Assembly: GCA_945956965.1 (NCBI GenBank)
Contig: CAMFJS010000017.1
Span: forward strand, 1,644-65,643
DNA length: 64,000 nucleotides
From: an uncultured Roseateles sp.
GTDB taxonomy: Bacteria; Pseudomonadota; Gammaproteobacteria; Burkholderiales; Burkholderiaceae_C
Direction of reading: 5' to 3'
The position numbers were made by a program, and so were the translations under genes. A model generated the notes under the pieces. The model was given only the letters and a program-made list of their open reading frames with translations, searched no databases and had not been told where the DNA came from. This document shows, one piece after another, positions 57,997-64,000 of the stretch. The stretch's first letter is position 1; the number at the start of each line of letters is the position of its first letter.

Positions 57997-59301
57997 ATGG
58001 CAACCCGTAAAGTTCCTTTCAAGCCCACACAGCGCGTGGATGTCCACGTTTGGGGCAAGCATGTGGGCGCGCTCGCTCTGGACCCGAAGCTCGGGTTCTA
58101 CGCATTCGCCTACTCCCCTGAGTTCATCAAAACGGGTATTGAACTATCCCCGCGGCAGATGCCCCTCAGTGATGAGGTCTTCGTTTTCACCGAGTTGCCC
58201 GTTGCGACGTACAAGCGATTGCCCGCCTTGCTGGCCGATGCGCTACCGGACGACTTTGGCAATGCCCTGGTCAACCGCTTCATGGCTGACAAGGGTTATT
58301 CGGCTGAACAAGTAACTCCCCTCGACCGGTTGGCCTACATGGGCTCCAGGGCCATGGGCGCGATGCAATTCATGCCCAGCAAAGGGCCGGTTCGGCATAA
58401 GCCAACTGCCCTGGATCTGAACGCACTTGTGTCGGTGGCTCGGGATGCCGTGGAAGGCCATGTGGACGATGAGGATCACACAAATGCGGCGCTACGCACC
58501 ATCATCGACGTTGGCACATCCGCCGGCGGCGCCAGGGCCAAGGCTGTGGTCGCCATCAACAGCGAGACGCAAGAACTCCGTTCTGGCCAGCTCGATGCTC
58601 CCCCTGGCTTTGAGCACTGGCTGCTCAAATTCGATGGGATGGGCCAGGACAAAGAACTTGGGGCTGGCCAGGACTTTGGGCGCATCGAATACGCCTACTT
58701 CTTGATGGCGCGCCAGGCCGGCATCGACATGATGGATTGCGACCTTTTGAAAGAAGGCGGGCGGGCACACTTCATCACGAAGCGCTTTGATCGAGAGGGT
58801 GCGCGCGGCCGGCACCACATGCAAACGCTGTGCGCCATGGAGCACCTCGACTTCAAGCTCAAGGGGACCAATTCTTACTCCCAGCTTCTGCTGAGCGTTG
58901 AGCGGCTAGGACTGCCCTATGAGGACAGGGAGGAGGCCTTCCGACGCATGGTCTTCAACGTGCTGGGGCGCAACTGCGACGACCACACCAAGAACTTCAG
59001 CTTCTTGCTGAGAGAAGGCGAAATGGCCTGGCGGCTCGCTCCCGCATACGACGTGACGTTCGCCCACAACCCGACAAGCGAGTGGACGCATCAGCACCTG
59101 ATGTCCGTGAGCGGGAAGTTCAAGGGCTTCGTGATGAGCGACCTGATGGCGGAGGCCGAGAACTTCAAGATCGGAACAGCGCGCAAGGTTATTGCGGAGG
59201 TCCAGTCGGCCATACGTCAATGGCCGGCGTTTGCGCAGCAGGCGGGCCTGCCGGAAGCTGAACAGCAACGCATCTCAGATCTACACCTGCAACTGAAATA
59301 G
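57997..59301 (+). CDS. hipA: HipA-family serine/threonine kinase toxin
   Basis: 434 aa. N-terminal HipA coupling domain (VHVWGKHVGALALDP...). Kinase core with ...GGARAKAVVAI... and catalytic NCDDHTKNFSFLL. Confidence 0.88.
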   Translation: MATRKVPFKPTQRVDVHVWGKHVGALALDPKLGFYAFAYSPEFIKTGIELSPRQMPLSDEVFVFTELPVATYKRLPALLADALPDDFGNALVNRFMADKGYSAEQVTPLDRLAYMGSRAMGAMQFMPSKGPVRHKPTALDLNALVSVARDAVEGHVDDEDHTNAALRTIIDVGTSAGGARAKAVVAINSETQELRSGQLDAPPGFEHWLLKFDGMGQDKELGAGQDFGRIEYAYFLMARQAGIDMMDCDLLKEGGRAHFITKRFDREGARGRHHMQTLCAMEHLDFKLKGTNSYSQLLLSVERLGLPYEDREEAFRRMVFNVLGRNCDDHTKNFSFLLREGEMAWRLAPAYDVTFAHNPTSEWTHQHLMSVSGKFKGFVMSDLMAEAENFKIGTARKVIAEVQSAIRQWPAFAQQAGLPEAEQQRISDLHLQLK

Positions 59302-59885
59302 CCGCGATCAAAATCACCAGCAGAGTTGGCCTCTGTTGCAAATTGCGCGAGTTCGCTCAGGCTGCCGCCATATCGGGTGTGCCGCGCGATCAGCTCGCGC
59401 AAGCCTTGCTGATACCTTGGACAACAAGAGCGCGCTCAAGGCTTGTATGACCGACCAACACCAAGCCTTGTCCAAGCCCGGGCCTGAGCCCAAGCTAAAA
59501 CGGCCCCACCATGCTGCTATGGTGGGACCCGCGGACTCATGGGCCATCTCCCTGATCTGAGCAGTAGTGGTGCATGCTTGATAGCCCTTAACTCGATGGG
59601 AGAGCAGACGGCGTGTTTGCGGCCGCAGCGATTGCAGTCATCCGTTGCAGGGTGTCGGCTTCACGGTGCGAGACATAAAGCATGCATCGGCTAACCTAGC
59701 AACTCGGCGGATTCACAGTCCGGTGTCAGCCAGAGGCCACTGGCACGTGGCGCCCTAGGACTTTGATGCCGCTCGATTGGATGTTCTAGAGGCAGCAAGA
59801 GCCGCAAATCGCGGCCCCGCGCCCTGACGTGTTGCAAGTCGCTGGAAACATGGAGAACGGCAAATCAAGCCGTTGCGAACAATCT

Positions 59886-59924
59886 GTTTATGGTTGTAAA
59901 CTACTATCGTTTACAGCCATAAAC
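59886..59924. promoter_or_regulatory. 39-bp palindrome, candidate BlaI/MecI/CopY-type operator
   Basis: GTTTATGGTTGTAAAC-tactatc-GTTTACAGCCATAAAC, with arms complementary in 15/16 positions. It contains a TGTAAAC/GTTTACA dyad and ends 8 nt before the repressor ATG 59932. Confidence 0.55.
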
Positions 59925-59931
59925 ACAAGCC

Positions 59932-60297
59932 ATGCGCATAAGCGACGCAGAACTCCCCATCATGGATGCGCTGTGGGAGCGATCCCCCGCTTCGTCTGAA
60001 GACCTTTTCTCTCTGATCGGCGAGACCCAGGGCTGGCAATATCCGACCTTGCGCACGCTGGTCAACCGGCTGCTCACCAAAGGGGCTATCGAGGCGATCA
60101 AGGAGGGCCGTCGCAACGTCTACAGGCCAGTGTGGACACGCGAAGACTGGGTAAGCCAGCAAAGCACCCACCTTTTGGACCGCATCTTTGGCGGTCGTCT
60201 TTCCGCATTGGTCAGTCATTTCGCACAACAGCAGCCATTGACCGACGACGACCGCAAAGCGCTGAAGAAACTGCTTGGCGAGAAGCGCGATGACTAG
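59932..60297 (+). CDS. BlaI/MecI/CopY-family winged-helix repressor
   Basis: 121 aa. MRISDAELPIMDALWERSP...LRTLVNRLLTKGAI...GRRNVYRPV is typical of the family. Confidence 0.85.
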   Translation: MRISDAELPIMDALWERSPASSEDLFSLIGETQGWQYPTLRTLVNRLLTKGAIEAIKEGRRNVYRPVWTREDWVSQQSTHLLDRIFGGRLSALVSHFAQQQPLTDDDRKALKKLLGEKRDD

Positions 60298-61615
60298 GTG
60301 GACCATCGCTGGCCTTCTGGTCTCCATGGGCTTGGCCCTTGCCTTGATGCTGATGCTTCGTCCGGTGATGCTTCGCGGTCTAGGGCCGCGAGCGCAATAC
60401 CTCTCTTGGCTTCTGGTGCCTGCATTCACCCTCGCGACCATGCTGCCGGCGCCGCCGATTCCCCTGCCCCTCGTTTCACCCCAGGCAACCAGAGTGGTGT
60501 CGGAAACGCATCGCAAGGTATATCAATTGATTTGGCCTGCACAAGCACAAAACAGTGCTCAGCAAGAGAGGCCTTTGGCGAGCGTCTCCTGGGCGATCCT
60601 GACTTGGCTTGCCGGTATTGGTGTCTTGGTGGGCGCGGTGTTATTTCAGCACCGCCGCTGGAGTCGAAAGCTGAATTGGGACAGGCAGTTGCGCCGTTGG
60701 TCTTTGCCAGCGGGCAACAGTCCCAGCGTCGTTGGCCTCCTGCGGCCGCGATTGGCCTTGCCCATCGACTTCGAGCAGCGCTTCACTGAAGCGGAACGGG
60801 TCGGTGTATTGGCGCATGAAGCGGTCCATGTAAAAAGGCACGACAACTTATGGAACCTATTTGCCACGGCGTTCTGGGTCGTCAATTGGTTCAACCCGCT
60901 TGCATGGTGGGCCCTGCGAGCGTTTCAGCGAGACCAAGAGCTTGCTTGTGATGCCGCTGCATTAGCTCATGGAGATGAGGCTGCACGTGCAGCCTATCGG
61001 GACGCTTTGCTTAAAGCTTTTGAGCTCAGTCCCTCGTCGGCACTGTCGAAGGGCTGGCGTTCCGCACACCCTCTGATTGAGCGCCTGCAATGGGTTCAGT
61101 TTGGATTCACTGAGCGCACTTGGCGCAGTGTTAGCGCCGTATTGTTGACGCTGACCATGCTCAGTGCGCTGGCTTACACCGTTCACGGCGGTGGAATCTG
61201 GCAAATCTGGAGCGGCGGCGAACGACCCGTCCCTAAAAGTGGCCACGCCCAGGCGCGCGTCGAAATGCAGTCGCAGATCAACGGCGACCAGTGGATGTCT
61301 GACGATAGCTATTTGATTGTTGGGCGTGATCGCAACGAAGAGCAACTCATGTCCTGGACCGAGACCTTCCAGGGTCGGGAGGTCTTCACCGTATTGCTTA
61401 GGCTGGCTGGGGGCCTGGATCAAACAGCGATTGCCAGGATCCAGGTCAACGAGGTGTTGAGCCCCTCGTCCCCCGTAGGTGCAGTGCCCGAAGTGCGTTA
61501 CGTGGATATGCCGCAAGAGCTGTGGCGAAGCATTGAATTCAAAACCCAGTCTGGCGATTTGGTTCGCCTGCGCTTGCGCTTCCAGGTTCTCGATGACCCC
61601 AGAAAAGGCATTTGA
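60290..61615 (+). CDS. BlaR1/MecR1-like M56 peptidase signal transducer with an unrecognised C-terminal domain
   Basis: 441 aa from ATG 60290, overlapping the repressor gene by 8 nt. Four TM segments. Zinc motif LAHEAVHVKRHD. The ~170-aa C-terminal extracytoplasmic domain has no SxxK penicillin-binding motif. Confidence 0.8.
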   Translation: MTRWTIAGLLVSMGLALALMLMLRPVMLRGLGPRAQYLSWLLVPAFTLATMLPAPPIPLPLVSPQATRVVSETHRKVYQLIWPAQAQNSAQQERPLASVSWAILTWLAGIGVLVGAVLFQHRRWSRKLNWDRQLRRWSLPAGNSPSVVGLLRPRLALPIDFEQRFTEAERVGVLAHEAVHVKRHDNLWNLFATAFWVVNWFNPLAWWALRAFQRDQELACDAAALAHGDEAARAAYRDALLKAFELSPSSALSKGWRSAHPLIERLQWVQFGFTERTWRSVSAVLLTLTMLSALAYTVHGGGIWQIWSGGERPVPKSGHAQARVEMQSQINGDQWMSDDSYLIVGRDRNEEQLMSWTETFQGREVFTVLLRLAGGLDQTAIARIQVNEVLSPSSPVGAVPEVRYVDMPQELWRSIEFKTQSGDLVRLRLRFQVLDDPRKGI

Positions 61616-61670
61616 ATTGCCGACCCTGGACAGGTCATCGCGGGATATCTTGTGACGGGAGGGGAGAGAA

Positions 61671-62597
61671 ATGTCAGAAGGGGCTGAGGGAACCGCGCTG
61701 AACGCGGCAAATGCGGTCGAGACGACGGTCACGGAAGCGTCCAAGCATGGAACCCAATGGGTGTTTGCAAGGAGTGCTCGCACTCATTCGCCCCTGACCT
61801 GGAGACGGCGCCTGGCAAATTGCGTACCTAAGCAGTGGCTGCCGGCGCAAATTCGTCGTTGCATTAGTTCACTCGACGGACGTCTGACGGCTTGGCTCAT
61901 TCAACGCGCTCTGCAAAGGCTGGATGCCATTGCAGACGGTCGACGGGAAGAGACTTTGACTCGCTGCGAGAAACTGCCCTTGTCGGCATTACTCGACCTC
62001 GGCCTGCGAACGGAAGACATTGGCGCCTCACCCAAGGGCAAGCTGGCCGATACCGTCGTCAAGCTTCAGGCGCGAAACAGGGAGCTACAGATGCTGGTTC
62101 AACTGGATGCGCTCACGGGCCTTCGCAGTCGCAGAGCTTTGGACCAAGTGCTGCACACGAGTTGCGGCGGGCCAGCGATTGGCGCGGAACACTGCGCCGT
62201 GATTTTTCTTGACATCGACCACTTCGGTCACTTCAACAAACACCATGGTGACGACGAGGGCGACCACGCCTTGCGCAAAGTAGCGCAGATCATCCAGGCC
62301 TCGACTCGGCGCGGCGATCATGTCTTCCGAAAAGGTGGCGAGGAATTTGTCGTTGTGCTGCCAGGCGCAAACGCGTTTGACGCGCGACAAGTCTCAGAGC
62401 GAATGCGGGCAGCAGTCGAGGCGGCTGCAATTCGACATGCTGGTTCACCTACTGCTGCAGTCATCACAGTCACCGCAGGTGTGGCTGTGTCCCACCTTTG
62501 TGAGACGGATACGGTGGCCCGACTGATGAATCGCGCAGCAGGGAGAACGATGCAGGCAAAGACTGCGTCGCAGAGGAACCAAGTTCATATGGCCTGA
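61671..62597 (+). CDS. GGDEF diguanylate cyclase with an uncharacterised N-terminal region
   Basis: 308 aa with a strong GGGAGGGGAG RBS. LDALTGLRSRRAL, IFLDIDHFGHFNKHHGDDEGDHAL and the active site RKGGEEFVVVL. The first ~140 aa are unassigned. Confidence 0.85.
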   Translation: MSEGAEGTALNAANAVETTVTEASKHGTQWVFARSARTHSPLTWRRRLANCVPKQWLPAQIRRCISSLDGRLTAWLIQRALQRLDAIADGRREETLTRCEKLPLSALLDLGLRTEDIGASPKGKLADTVVKLQARNRELQMLVQLDALTGLRSRRALDQVLHTSCGGPAIGAEHCAVIFLDIDHFGHFNKHHGDDEGDHALRKVAQIIQASTRRGDHVFRKGGEEFVVVLPGANAFDARQVSERMRAAVEAAAIRHAGSPTAAVITVTAGVAVSHLCETDTVARLMNRAAGRTMQAKTASQRNQVHMA

Positions 62598-62880
62598 TGT
62601 GCGCCGGGCGGGCCCTTGGCATGAATGCAAGTGGATTGCGCTTATCGCCGCGTTCTTTCGCCAGACCACCTGAAGAGCTGTGGTGTGTTTGGCTCCGATG
62701 CAAATGCAACACCCCGAGGCGTTAGCTCCAATGCTGAGATGATCTTCAGCATAAGCAAACGCAACAGCGCCGCCGAAGTACCGGGTCTCGAACAACCGCA
62801 TTGAAAAGCTGAAAGCAACTCATCGTCTGGCCTGTGCCAGCTAATTGACCGTCTTTCCCACCTCTGCGGGGATCGGCCAT

Positions 62881-63321
62881 TCACACCTTGGCGAGGAAGG
62901 CCGCCGCATCACCCGCTTCACACTTCCAGTCTGCGAAGACCCCGACCAGATTGCATTCCACGCAGCGGCAAGCGATGTAGTACCAGCGCACCTTATGTGT
63001 GCCCTCGACCACGGAGACGCCGGACATCAGCTCGAACACCTCGTTTTCGCACACGCACTCGTGCGTCTCGGGCACGGATCCTTCAAGGTGGTCCGCGCTG
63101 TCGCCCATCAGGTGCTCCTCCCCGCAGTCGGTGCAGGTGCGGATCGCCACGCCGGCTTCTTCATCGGTCTGCAGCGCGAAGGTCCGGCAGCCGCAGTCGC
63201 ATTTGGACGCGGCAAACCGGACGGCCTCATGGCGATTCGCAAGGCTGTAGCTGCGCAGCTCGGCTTGGGTGTCGCCCGACGTCGTCCCGTACCAGAACTC
63301 GCCCTTCTTCGTCAGTGCCAT
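62881..63321 (-). CDS. Cys-rich hypothetical protein (two zinc-ribbon-like modules)
   Basis: 146 aa from ATG 63321 with GGAG 8 nt upstream. Strong G/C third-position bias. Cys patterns CDCGC...CTDC and CVC...CRCVEC. No family recognised. Confidence 0.65.
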   Translation of the reverse strand: MALTKKGEFWYGTTSGDTQAELRSYSLANRHEAVRFAASKCDCGCRTFALQTDEEAGVAIRTCTDCGEEHLMGDSADHLEGSVPETHECVCENEVFELMSGVSVVEGTHKVRWYYIACRCVECNLVGVFADWKCEAGDAAAFLAKV

Positions 63322-63919
63322 TGATGCTGCTCCATTCTTCAAGGTGGGATTCCCGGCAGGCCCGTCGCCAAGTTCATCCAGATCATCTGGATTGTGCCTG
63401 GAGGCCCGGCGAATCGTCGTCAAGGGACCTGGTCGGGGTGCTCGCCTGAAGCCCAGACGCATTGGCGACCGGCAGATGTGCCGCGGTTGCAGTCATACGC
63501 AGCCGGTTGCTGCATTCACGGTGCGATGCCTCAATGCGCCGAACTCGCGCTATCGATCCAAAGCGGAAGTACAACTTGGCGAGGTGAGCTGCAGCAAACC
63601 TGAACGTCAACGCGGAATTAACCGGATGACGTCGCGTTGACGGCTTGCCGCGAGGCGCAGGAGGTTCGGGCGGCGCCTCTCCGGCACGGTGCCAAATGGA
63701 TGGGGACCCGCTACGGACAGCCTTGAAAGATCCCACTTGCTTTTGTCGTTACCGGCTGCTGCCTCGCGTGGCATGCGTGTGACTCACTTGTCAACCAGCA
63801 AGACGCGCGTCGCCCTGCTGAGGGTGTCGGCGGCGTGGTGCTTGGTGCCGGGCGCTGGGCGCGAAGGGCGCTCAACTTCCCGGCTACTAGCACCGGTCGC
63901 CGCCGACTCCACGCCAACA

Positions 63920-64000
63920 TTAGGGCATCGGCGTGTGGTCCATGCAGGGCGGCTTGGCAAAGGCGTCAATGACGCTGGCGATACCCGTCGGGTCGATCGC
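63920..64000 (-). CDS. 3' end of an unidentified CDS entering from the right edge
   Basis: The minus-strand frame is open from the window edge to TAA (63920-63922): ...AIDPTGIASVIDAFAKPPCMDHTPMP*. Third-position GC is high. Too short to name. Confidence 0.4.
   Translation of the reverse strand, partial: AIDPTGIASVIDAFAKPPCMDHTPMP

Noticed and set aside
59340-59450. HTH-like peptide frame (KLREFAQAAAISGVPRDQLAQALLIPWTTRARSRLV*) as a small regulator gene.
   Set aside because: There is no start codon in the open frame back to the hipA stop, and no RBS. It is treated as a possible decayed fragment inside a finding, not as a feature.
63784-63969. 61-aa minus-strand ORF near the right edge (TTG start).
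   Set aside because: The translation is Arg/Pro/Ser-rich junk. A different minus-strand frame ending at TAA 63920 has the better coding signature.

Overview
GC-rich chromosomal segment. Gene content and order suggest a betaproteobacterium (Burkholderiales-like), but that is inference only. All coordinates were counted by hand and no searches were run.

Positions ~200-53,670 form one uninterrupted denitrification and NO-stress supercluster:
- cytochrome c5-like lipoprotein
- a DUF2946-like gene followed by nosZRDFYL and a second NosL-like gene
- norCBQ, an inserted membrane polyferredoxin, then norD
- two tandem Dnr/Nnr-type regulators
- nirE divergent from nirC-F-DL-G-H-J-N (haem d1 synthesis)
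- ccmABCDEFGHI
- napDAGHBC, with a convergent napF that is divergent from mobB
- nirS-nirM on the minus strand
- a third CRP/FNR regulator
- a long minus-strand NO-related block: MCP, hemerythrin, DUF2249, nnrS, nsrR, ccoG-like, nnrS-like, DUF59, unknown membrane protein
- narXL

From ~53.7 kb to the end, GC drops visibly and the content becomes accessory:
- three small secreted proteins, one of them PEP-CTERM
- an IS3-family OrfA remnant
- hipBA
- a BlaI/BlaR1-like pair followed by a GGDEF protein
- a Cys-rich double zinc-ribbon protein

No rRNA, tRNA or CRISPR array was seen.

Main observations worth follow-up:
1. Twelve CRP/FNR-type boxes share the extended consensus CTTGA-N6-TCAAG and fall into two sequence classes.
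2. Three of these boxes (plus one at 42.5 bp) are centred exactly 41.5 bp upstream of ATG codons, which implies leaderless mRNAs.
3. An ATGA-coupled triad (nnrS-like, DUF59, unknown 373-aa membrane protein) has no described function.
4. A NapH/CcoG-type polyferredoxin is inserted between norQ and norD.
5. A DUF2946-like secreted Cys/His protein appears to be co-transcribed with nosZ.
6. An MCP plus stand-alone hemerythrin pair sits behind an FNR-type box.
7. A DUF2249 gene with a CCGCC tail sits behind a near-consensus NsrR operator.
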